This document shows positions 9,735 through 16,293 of a stretch of DNA of 37,599 nt, one piece after another. The stretch spans positions 1 through 37,599 of the forward strand of contig JBGPMJ010000001.1 of assembly GCA_041486935.1 (NCBI GenBank), read 5' to 3'. A program made the translations under genes and the position numbers. The notes under the pieces are model-generated. The model was not told the DNA's origin, searched no databases, and saw only the letters and a list, made by a program, of their open reading frames with translations. The DNA comes from Candidatus Limnocylindria bacterium (GTDB taxonomy: Bacteria > Chloroflexota > Limnocylindria > Limnocylindrales > CSP1-4). The first letter of the stretch is position 1. The number at the start of each line of letters is the position of its first letter.

Positions 9735-9767
9735 TGTGGACAACTTGGTGGACAAGATGGTGGACAG
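9735..9767 (+). promoter_or_regulatory. three tandem DnaA-box-like 9-mers with exact 12-bp phasing
   Basis: TGTGGACAA (9735-9743), GGTGGACAA (9747-9755) and GGTGGACAG (9759-9767). The reverse complement of the first is TTGTCCACA, the actinobacterial DnaA-box consensus. Confidence 0.45.
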
Positions 9768-9956
9768 ACCCTCTTCGCAACCGGGGGGCCCCGCGCGTAC
9801 CATATGGGGGCACTCATCCGGGGGCGGACGAACTCCCCGGAGCTGCGGCTCCCAAGCGTCCAGGGTGGCGACCGAACGCCGTCCACGGGCTCCCGCAGGA
9901 CCCATGTCCGTGCCTGCACGCGCCCGCGAAGCGAAGGAAGGAGGGTCCCGCCGTCG

Positions 9957-10313
9957 ATGGAAGTGCCCCGCGGGATCCGCGCTGACGAACCGCCGCCCGA
10001 TCAGCACGGCGCCGCCTCGACCGAGGCGGTCGCGTTCGTTCGGTTCTGCTACGCGCGCCGCCGCGTGGGCTGGCCGGAGCTCTACGACGAGATGTGCGCG
10101 GTCGCTTCCCGGGGCGCCTTCCGCGGCTGGGGCCACGCCGAGCTGGCAGAGCATGGCATCTGCTTCACGCTCTTCGACATGCCCGGCCTGGCCGCCATCG
10201 CCGCGGTCGTGAGCCGCGAGGAGCGCGAGCGGTCACGGGGCCGGTCGTCGGCGGGGGCCGATGGTGCGGACGGGCGTCTGGCCGCCGAGTCGGGCGCCGC
10301 GACTGATCTCTAG
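9957..10313 (+). CDS. conserved hypothetical protein
   Basis: An ATG is preceded by GAAGGAAGGAGGG. Third-position GC is very high. The core FVRFCYARRRVGWPELYDEMCAVASRGAFRGWGHAELAEHGI is non-biased. The upstream part of ORF 9804..10313 looks non-coding. Confidence 0.65.
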   Translation: MEVPRGIRADEPPPDQHGAASTEAVAFVRFCYARRRVGWPELYDEMCAVASRGAFRGWGHAELAEHGICFTLFDMPGLAAIAAVVSREERERSRGRSSAGADGADGRLAAESGAATDL

Positions 10314-10537
10314 ACGCGGATGCGCCGGCGGGCGAGCTCGCCCTCGATCTGGCGCTCGGCCTCCACGTATCGGTCGATCTCGTCGCGCAGCTGGTTCGCC
10401 TCGGGGACGTAGAGGTGCACCTGCTGCTGGAGGATGTACGAGAGGCGCCGGCTGGTCATCCGCGCGTGATCGAGATTCTTCATGAGCACGAGCGGGTCCA
10501 TCGCCGCGAGGTCGTCGGGGTGGTACATCTGGCGCAT
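10310..10537 (-). CDS. small hypothetical protein (75 aa, helical) downstream of the methyltransferase
   Basis: High third-position GC and non-biased composition. It lies 19 nt after the methyltransferase stop. Its stop shares the palindrome CTAG (10310-10313) with the convergent ORF. Confidence 0.6.
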   Translation of the reverse strand: MRQMYHPDDLAAMDPLVLMKNLDHARMTSRRLSYILQQQVHLYVPEANQLRDEIDRYVEAERQIEGELARRRIRV

Positions 10538-10556
10538 GTCGCGCCGAGTATAGGAC

Positions 10557-11939
10557 TCAGAGGAGGCGCAGGCGGCCGCCCGGCGGCCACTCCCAGTCGA
10601 TGGGCAGCGTGGCCGCGGCCAGCGCCCGGCGGCGGCCCTGCTCGGTCGGCGCCATGACCAGCAGGCGGTCAGTCTTCGTCGTGCGCCCGGCCTCGTCGCC
10701 CCAGATCTTCGTCATCTTGCGATGGGCGGCGATGTCGTCGAGCGCCACGCCCGCGAGGCGATAGCCCTCCGGTGCGGCGGACCGCTCCCAGACGGTCTCG
10801 GCCAGCCCGACCCCGCCCCGGATAGGGCGACCGCGGTCGAGCTCCACGTCCCCGATGACGAGTACCACCACGGCGTCGTCGGTGAGGGCCGGGCGGAGGT
10901 CGGCGAGGACCTGGCGCATGAAGGCGAGGTAGGCGTCGAGCCGGTGGGCGTCGTCGAGCAGGGCGTCCACGGCATCCGGGTCCACGCCCAGGAACCAGAG
11001 CCGGAGCCAGTTGTAGTAGCCGTACTTCACGGTGCGCAGATAGGGGGGGCTGGTCACCACGAGACGGGCGCGGTCGGGGAGCGACCGCTCCCGAAGGGCA
11101 CGCCGCGCCCGGGAGCCGACGTCGCGGGCGTCGCCGAGGAGGGCGATGCCGCGCACCGCCGGCAGGTCATGGCGCAGGAGGCGCTTGAGCTTGGCGTCGA
11201 GGCAGGCGAACAGGTCGCGCTCCGAGGCGCGGAAGCCCGTCCGCGCCACATAGTCCCGGACGTAGCGGGGGGCCATGCTGAACGAGTTCGGCATGAGGTC
11301 CGAGAGGTAGGTCTGGCTGCGGCCGTGGAGGATGCCGGTCAGCGCGCCGGCGATGAAGCGGTCAGCGCGGTCGTCGCGGTCCAGCGCCTCGCGCACGAAG
11401 AGGACCTGGGCCAGCGTCCGCGGGTGGAAGGCCAGTGCGACCTCGTGGGGGAGGGGAGCCGGGGCCGCGTGGCCGCGCGCCGCGGGGACGTCGAAGCCGC
11501 CAGGGCCGGGCCGAGCGATCGCCTCGGCGGCCAGTGCGCTCCAGCGCGGCGCTTCGGCCGACCAGCGCACGCGCAGCAGGCTCACGCGCGCGGCCAGCTC
11601 AGCCCGGTTGGGCGGGTCCACCTTGGCCGCCGTCAGCAGGTGGGCCATCGGGTTGAGGTCGTTGCCGACCCCCACGCGGCCCTCCGCACAGGCCTGGAGC
11701 GGCGTCGTGCCACGGCCGCTGAAGGGGTCGAGGACGACGTCCCCGGGCCGGCTGTAACGGGCGATGAAGGCGTGCGTCAGCGCCGCCGGGAACATCGCGA
11801 GATAGCTGCACATGGGGTGGAACGCATGGCCCCAGAGGCGCTGCTGGTCCTTCCACTCGGGCGCGATCGGGAGGCGCGGCAGCTCCGGGACGAGGCCGAC
11901 CTCGAGCTGGCCGGGGGCGATGCGCTGCGGGGCGGCCAC
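10557..11939 (-). CDS. site-specific DNA methyltransferase (N4-C/N6-A amino-methyltransferase family), solitary
   Basis: The AdoMet motif I VVLDPFSGRGTTP is near the N-terminus and catalytic motif IV VVTSPPYL is about 230 aa later. That is the reverse of the usual beta-class order. Confidence 0.75.
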   Translation of the reverse strand: MAAPQRIAPGQLEVGLVPELPRLPIAPEWKDQQRLWGHAFHPMCSYLAMFPAALTHAFIARYSRPGDVVLDPFSGRGTTPLQACAEGRVGVGNDLNPMAHLLTAAKVDPPNRAELAARVSLLRVRWSAEAPRWSALAAEAIARPGPGGFDVPAARGHAAPAPLPHEVALAFHPRTLAQVLFVREALDRDDRADRFIAGALTGILHGRSQTYLSDLMPNSFSMAPRYVRDYVARTGFRASERDLFACLDAKLKRLLRHDLPAVRGIALLGDARDVGSRARRALRERSLPDRARLVVTSPPYLRTVKYGYYNWLRLWFLGVDPDAVDALLDDAHRLDAYLAFMRQVLADLRPALTDDAVVVLVIGDVELDRGRPIRGGVGLAETVWERSAAPEGYRLAGVALDDIAAHRKMTKIWGDEAGRTTKTDRLLVMAPTEQGRRRALAAATLPIDWEWPPGGRLRLL

Positions 11940-12132
11940 GGTGAGTGAGTTGCCTCGGTAGCTGCGAGTCGATGGGCGCGCGGCGGAAGGGCCGGCAGGA
12001 TAGCACGCCCGTTCGAGCGGTCGTCAAGCCCCCGCCTGCGCCCGATTCGACGGCTTGCGGCGTCGGCCGGTAGCATCCGCGCGTCCTCCTCGCGCCGGCG
12101 TGATTCCCCAAGGAGCACTCGAGCAAGTCCCG

Positions 12133-13140
12133 ATGAGCGCGATCCCCATCACGTTCCGCGCCTATGTCGCCGACAAGGCCGACGACGGCTCCGTCGCGCG
12201 CGGCGTGCGCACCTTCGCCGAGGCCGACCTGCCCCCGGGCGAGGTCGAGATCCGGATCCTGTGGTCGAGCGTCAACTACAAGGACGGCCTGGCCACCATC
12301 GCCAACGGCAGGGTGGCGCGCATCTCGCCACTCATCCCGGGCATCGACCTGGCGGGCGAGGTGGTGTCCTCGGCCGACCCGGGCATCGCGGTCGGGTCGC
12401 AGGTGCTCGCCCACGGCTATGAGCTGGGCGTCTCGCGGCACGGCGGCTTCGCCGAGTACCAGCGGGTGCCGGCCGGCTGGGTCGTGCCGCTGCCGGGGGG
12501 TCTCACGCCGCACGAGGCGATGGCGGTCGGGACGGCGGGATTCACGGCGGCCATGAGCGTGCTCCGCCTCGAGGAGCGCGGCCTCGTCCCGGGCAGCGGC
12601 CCGGTGCTGGTGACCGGTGCCACCGGGGGCGTCGGGCGGACAGCGGTGGGTGTGCTCGTGGCGCGCGGCTACGAGGTCTGGGCGGCGACCGGCAAGCCCG
12701 AGGCGGCCGAGGAGCTGCTGGCGCTGGGGGCCTCCGGCGTGCTCGACCGGTCGGAGGTCACGGCGGAGAGCCCCAGGCCGCTCGAGTCGGAGCGGTGGGC
12801 GGGCGCCGTGGACTGCGTCGGTGGCTCGACGCTGCCCTACATCCTGCGCACGCTGCGCTACGGCGCGGCGGTGGCGGCCAGCGGCAACACCGGCGGGCCG
12901 GGCTTCTCGACTACGGTCTTCCCCTTCATCCTGCGCGCCGTGGCCCTGCTGGGCATCGACTCCGTGCCGCTGCCGATCGAGGAGCGGCGGCGGATCTGGG
13001 CCCGCATCGCGAGCGACTTCCGGCCGCGCGGCCTGGGCGAGTCGCTCACGGAGGTGACGCTCGACACGCTCGACGCGGCGCTCGACGACATCCTCGCGGG
13101 CCGCGCCCGCGGTCGGTGGGTCGTCCGTGTCGGCGCGTAG
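12133..13140 (+). CDS. YhdH/YhfP-family quinone oxidoreductase (AcuI-like acrylyl-CoA reductase family)
   Basis: ILWSSVNYKDGLA, GIDLAGEVV, AGFTAAMSV and VLVTGATGGVG (Rossmann) are present. ATG 12133 is preferred over the upstream Arg-rich extension from 12055. Confidence 0.8.
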   Translation: MSAIPITFRAYVADKADDGSVARGVRTFAEADLPPGEVEIRILWSSVNYKDGLATIANGRVARISPLIPGIDLAGEVVSSADPGIAVGSQVLAHGYELGVSRHGGFAEYQRVPAGWVVPLPGGLTPHEAMAVGTAGFTAAMSVLRLEERGLVPGSGPVLVTGATGGVGRTAVGVLVARGYEVWAATGKPEAAEELLALGASGVLDRSEVTAESPRPLESERWAGAVDCVGGSTLPYILRTLRYGAAVAASGNTGGPGFSTTVFPFILRAVALLGIDSVPLPIEERRRIWARIASDFRPRGLGESLTEVTLDTLDAALDDILAGRARGRWVVRVGA

Positions 13141-13200
13141 GCCCGGGGTACCATGGCGCCGTGTCCCCGTAGCTCAGTGGACAGAGCAACCGCCTTCTAA
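13090..13200. repeat. left copy of a 111-bp direct repeat (last 16 codons of yhdH, spacer, 5' half of tRNA-Arg)
   Basis: Aligned by hand to 16145-16255 at a constant offset of 3055. It matches at 109/111 positions, with mismatches at 13116 and 13128. Identity ends at the 3' edge of the anticodon loop (..CTTCTAA). Confidence 0.9.
13163..13200 (+). pseudogene. tRNA-Arg(UCU) 5' half only (truncated after the anticodon loop)
   Basis: Identical to 16218-16255. The downstream sequence CAGGGCCCGTCGGTTCGACGTGCTCC cannot form an anticodon stem, T arm or acceptor stem. Confidence 0.85.
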
Positions 13201-13376
13201 CAGGGCCCGTCGGTTCGACGTGCTCCTGAGCGTGGGTACAGGACCGGATAGGCCGCTGTTAGTTGCTCAGTACGAGCGTCGGTAGCCGTCTTCGCCCCGA
13301 TGAGCGCCAGCACGAGACGGCGTTGCTCAGGGGTGAGGTCCGACAGTCTGAGCACCCGCTTCTCGGCATCCGTCAT
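13197..13376 (-). CDS. possible small ORF (59 aa) coupled to the membrane protein gene
   Basis: The ATG shares one nt with the upstream TGA (TGATG). Sequence: MTDAEKRVLRLSDLTPEQRRLVLALIGAKTA... Its stop codon lies in the repeat junction (TTAGAA). Confidence 0.3.
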   Translation of the reverse strand: MTDAEKRVLRLSDLTPEQRRLVLALIGAKTATDARTEQLTAAYPVLYPRSGARRTDGPC

Positions 13377-13708
13377 CAGGATGATCGACCGCGCAGCAAT
13401 GCGATGAGCCACCCGCCCAGCTGGACCATCGCCCAACCTGCCGCGGTCCCTGTCGTGACGAGTAGAGCCACCGCGATGGCACCGCCAACGAACCACAGCG
13501 GCGTCCTCGGCTGATCGAGGATGAGGGGCCGCAACACCATGAACGCGCCGAAGCTGAGGACGGCGGTGATCGGCAAAGCCAACCAGCGCCAACCGGCGTG
13601 CAACCGGGACGCTAACTCGCTCGTCAGCCGGCCGAAGAGCCACTCGCCAAGCACGAAGACCAACGCGAAGGCGATGGCCACCCCTACCACGCTCGCGACC
13701 TGCTCCAT
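13376..13708 (-). CDS. small integral membrane protein (about 4 TM)
   Basis: 110 aa, dominated by hydrophobic helices (VVGVAIAFALVFVLG, WLALPITAVLSFGAFMVL, LWFVGGAIAVALLV). Confidence 0.55.
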   Translation of the reverse strand: MEQVASVVGVAIAFALVFVLGEWLFGRLTSELASRLHAGWRWLALPITAVLSFGAFMVLRPLILDQPRTPLWFVGGAIAVALLVTTGTAAGWAMVQLGGWLIALLRGRSS

Positions 13709-13820
13709 CTAGAGGACGGTACCACTCCTCATTTGCGGCCCGCCGTCGCCGCAGCCGCCGCCGGCCGGCCTTGGCCGGGATCGAGGGCGGCGACCGGAGC
13801 GGCGGGTCTCGTGGCGCAGC

Positions 13821-14408
13821 CTACAGGGCGGCGCTTGGCTGCGTCACGCGAAACGATGACGCGATGGCCAGGAATGTCGCTTCGTTCACTACGGCGGATG
13901 CCGCGCTGGAGAAAAACGTGAGCTCCCAAAGACGACCGCCAGACGCGAAGACGTAGAGCTCAAGACTGCTCGGCGCCGCCCCCTCATAGCTCCAGCTCCA
14001 GCGGAGCACCCGTCCGCCGTATGGGATGTCGACGCTCGTCGCGGTCGGTTCTCCGAGGAGATCTTCGCGAGAGGCGAGGTCCTCCATGTTGCCCGTGACA
14101 TATGCGTCAAGGGCATCCTCCACTGGCAACTCGCGGGGTACCTCCGCGACGCCCACGCTCATCCTGGCATCGGGGCCGCAAGCAGCGGCGGCCGCGTACA
14201 GCGCATCGACGCCCGCCGGGTACCGCAGCCGCTCCATCACCCGATCGTGACACTCGGGGTGGGCGCGGCCGTAGTCGAGCAGAGCCTCTCGGTAGGCGTG
14301 AGGCGGACGACCGCCAGCCCACCCGTCGGGAAGCTCAAGGGTGAACGGCAGAGGTGCCGTTTCTCGACGCGATCTGATGCCGATGAGGCGGCTGAACAGT
14401 CCCGGCAT
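13821..14408 (-). CDS. hypothetical protein
   Basis: 195 aa with balanced, non-Arg-biased composition (e.g. LELPDGWAGGRPPHAYREALLDYGRAHPECHDRVMERL). It is the longest ORF in its region. Confidence 0.55.
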   Translation of the reverse strand: MPGLFSRLIGIRSRRETAPLPFTLELPDGWAGGRPPHAYREALLDYGRAHPECHDRVMERLRYPAGVDALYAAAAACGPDARMSVGVAEVPRELPVEDALDAYVTGNMEDLASREDLLGEPTATSVDIPYGGRVLRWSWSYEGAAPSSLELYVFASGGRLWELTFFSSAASAVVNEATFLAIASSFRVTQPSAAL

Positions 14409-14532
14409 CGCTGCTCCCTCCGAAACTCTGCTGCACCGTCGCTCTGCATGCTACGGCCGCCGTCGGCTCCGTTCGGCTGGCCGGCGTGGGCCGGGATCGT
14501 CGTCGACGACCGGAGCGGGAGCCGGTGAGAGG

Positions 14533-15027
14533 CTAGGGTGCGTCGCTGACCGGCGGCTTGTCCCGAGCGTGCATCGTCTGAAACGACGCGATCCCGGCGA
14601 ACGCGTAGGCCACGACCATCGCGCCCTCGACGAGCAGCTGACCGTAGTCGAGCGACGTTCCGCCCACCCCATTCAAGACGCTGATCTCCTGGCTGAGCAT
14701 CCACGCCACGGCTCCGCCCAACAGGAGGCTGACCACGCCCCCGAAGGCGCCGCCCTTGGTGCCCCCGCGCAAGACCGCGATGGCTGCCAGCAGCGTCGGT
14801 ACCCCGAGGACTAAGACCACCACGAAGCCCCCGAACGCCGCCCAGTCTTCGGGTTCCCTTGGGGCGAGCATCGCGATCGAGCCCCGGCCCAGCGTCAAGA
14901 CCGCGAGCGCGAGCAGCGTGAGCCCGGCCACGAGCCGGAGGCGGGGGCGCAACATCACTGATAGAAGACGCGGGGCGGCTCCGGGTGTTACGCGGCGCCG
15001 AGTGAGCTGGCATGAGTCAGGTTCCAC
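14533..15027 (-). CDS. small integral membrane protein
   Basis: Four hydrophobic helices. The likely true start is the internal MLRPRLRLVAGL at 14955. Confidence 0.5.
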   Translation of the reverse strand: MEPDSCQLTRRRVTPGAAPRLLSVMLRPRLRLVAGLTLLALAVLTLGRGSIAMLAPREPEDWAAFGGFVVVLVLGVPTLLAAIAVLRGGTKGGAFGGVVSLLLGGAVAWMLSQEISVLNGVGGTSLDYGQLLVEGAMVVAYAFAGIASFQTMHARDKPPVSDAP

Positions 15028-15217
15028 GCTCCTGGCATGACCGAAGGGTGGGGCATCCCGACGGGAATGTACTGAGTCAGCTTGCCGTCGCGGGACAGGC
15101 CGTACATGAACGGCGCCGGCACGTCCGCGTAGGTACCCTACTCACCATGACGACGGACGATCTGGACGATGCTTGGGGCGCCGTCCACGCGGCGCAACTG
15201 GTTAGAGGCACCTCTGG

Positions 15218-15538
15218 ATGCGCAGGCTGACCGGCTATCTCGCGCTCGCCGCCATCGGTGCCTGGTTCTCCTACGGGCTGCTCGAGGGCCGCCCGAAGAA
15301 CGGGCTCGCAACCGATCCGATCATCATCGCGCTCGTGCTCCTCGGTGGCGCAATTCTCCTGCCGGTGGTCGTGTTCGCCGTCAGAGGTAATGATGTCGGG
15401 AGCACCTGGGCGGAGTTTTGGGGCCTCCGGCGGATTACGCGCCATCTCGTGACCCTCTCGGCTGGCCTCTCGGTCGTCGTGGTCTGGGACATCGTCCTGC
15501 TGCTCATCGCTGACCGCATGGCGGGACGGTGGACCTAG
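15218..15538 (+). CDS. small integral membrane protein
   Basis: 106 aa with three hydrophobic helices (YLALAAIGAWFSYGLL, IIIALVLLGGAILLPVVVFAV, LSVVVVWDIVLLLIA). Confidence 0.5.
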   Translation: MRRLTGYLALAAIGAWFSYGLLEGRPKNGLATDPIIIALVLLGGAILLPVVVFAVRGNDVGSTWAEFWGLRRITRHLVTLSAGLSVVVVWDIVLLLIADRMAGRWT

Positions 15539-15762
15539 AGGCCGCCTGGGAGGCCGTCCACGACGCCCTCCCGGCGGGCTGGACGGTGCAGCGCCCGACT
15601 CGCCACGACGAGGAACGGGAGCGGTCCTGGCACGTCTTCGCCACGGATCTACGGCAGCGGGCGAAGCGGCGGGAGTACGTCGAGGCGACGGGCTGGACGG
15701 AAGCCGAGGCGTTGCGCGACCTGCCGGGGCTGCTGCGGGCGTGGAGGGTGGAGGCGGTGTAA
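15529..15762 (+). CDS. small hypothetical protein (77 aa)
   Basis: GTG start overlapping the preceding ORF. The sequence MDLEAAWEAVHDALPAGWTVQRP.. has a truncated look-alike N-terminus (DDLDDAWGAVHAA) encoded at about 15147-15200. Confidence 0.45.
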   Translation: MDLEAAWEAVHDALPAGWTVQRPTRHDEERERSWHVFATDLRQRAKRREYVEATGWTEAEALRDLPGLLRAWRVEAV

Positions 15763-16144
15763 AGGTCGGCGGACTAGCGGGCCGGCCTGTCTCTCGTGAC
15801 CCCCCAAGCGGCCCGACGCCGGAGTGCCTCCTCGGCCTGTGCGGTAGCCATGACGAACGCGGCACGGTCGCCGACCATTACCGCCCGGCTAGCCCGTTCC
15901 TCCGCTCGGTCGCTCGCGCGCCGACGGTGCTGGATGGGGTCGGTCACTGCTCACCTCTCGACCAATCCATGCGCTCACGACCATCGCGGAGTGGTGCCAG
16001 AACGCACCGGAGTTGCCATCGTAGGTGTGGCGTCAAGGGGGGTGGCGCTTGCGCTGGCAGGGGCGCGCGTTTAGAGGTGCAGCGGGCCCCCGAGCGCCGT
16101 GTGGGCCACCGTCCTCGAGGCGCACCTCCCGGCGCGAGATGGCG

Positions 16145-16255
16145 ATCCTCGCGGGCCGCGCCCGCGGTCGATGGGTCGTCCGCGTCGGCGCGTAGGCCCG
16201 GGGTACCATGGCGCCGTGTCCCCGTAGCTCAGTGGACAGAGCAACCGCCTTCTAA
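16145..16255. repeat. right copy of the 111-bp direct repeat (yhdH-tail fragment, spacer, 5' half of the intact tRNA-Arg)
   Basis: See 13090-13200. Both differences fall on synonymous third positions of the yhdH reading frame (CGG/CGA and CGT/CGC). Confidence 0.9.
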
Positions 16256-16293
16256 GCGGAAGGTCGCAGGTTCGAATCCTGCCGGGGGCGCCA
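16218..16293 (+). tRNA. tRNA-Arg (anticodon UCU), CCA encoded
   Basis: Hand-folded. Acceptor GTCCCCG/CGGGGGC, D arm GCTC-AGTGGACA-GAGC, anticodon loop CTTCTAA (anticodon 16251-16253), variable AGGTC, T arm GCAGG-TTCGAAT-CCTGC, discriminator G plus CCA. Confidence 0.9.

Larger units (their letters stand above)
13201..16144. mobile_element. 2.9-kb insert without an integrase, bounded by the 111-bp direct repeats at tRNA-Arg
   Basis: It sits between the two repeat copies. GC is visibly lower than in the core genes. It carries only small ORFs, mostly membrane proteins. Confidence 0.55.

Noticed and set aside
9735-9767. The DnaA-box cluster as the chromosomal replication origin
   Set aside because: There are only three boxes. 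There is no adjacent AT-rich unwinding element, and no dnaA, dnaN or rpmH genes are in the window. I kept it as a regulatory-site finding instead.
13201-13235. GGTTCGACG after the truncated tRNA half, as a degenerate T-loop of a second complete tRNA
   Set aside because: There is no complementary T-stem, anticodon-stem 3' strand or acceptor 3' strand, so it cannot fold into a cloverleaf.
13211-13240. Similarity between the left junction of the insert (CGACGTGCTCCTGAGCGTGGGTACAGG) and 31206-31240 (GGACGTGCTCCTCAGGCAGCTCGTACCAGG), as a possible pair of island ends
   Set aside because: Only an 11-nt exact core (GACGTGCTCCT) matches, with scattered matches around it. The right-hand copy lies inside the coding 3' end of the nucleotidyltransferase gene, in a different frame. 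A proper alignment would be needed.
15774-15947. 57-codon minus-strand ORF (VTDPIQHRRRASDRAEERASRAVMVGDRAAFVMATAQAEEALRRR..) that loosely resembles a ribbon-helix-helix/DUF1778 antitoxin
   Set aside because: It is Ala/Arg-rich, as any GC-rich random frame would be. It has no adjacent toxin gene and is below the ORF-track threshold. The resemblance is too weak without a profile search.
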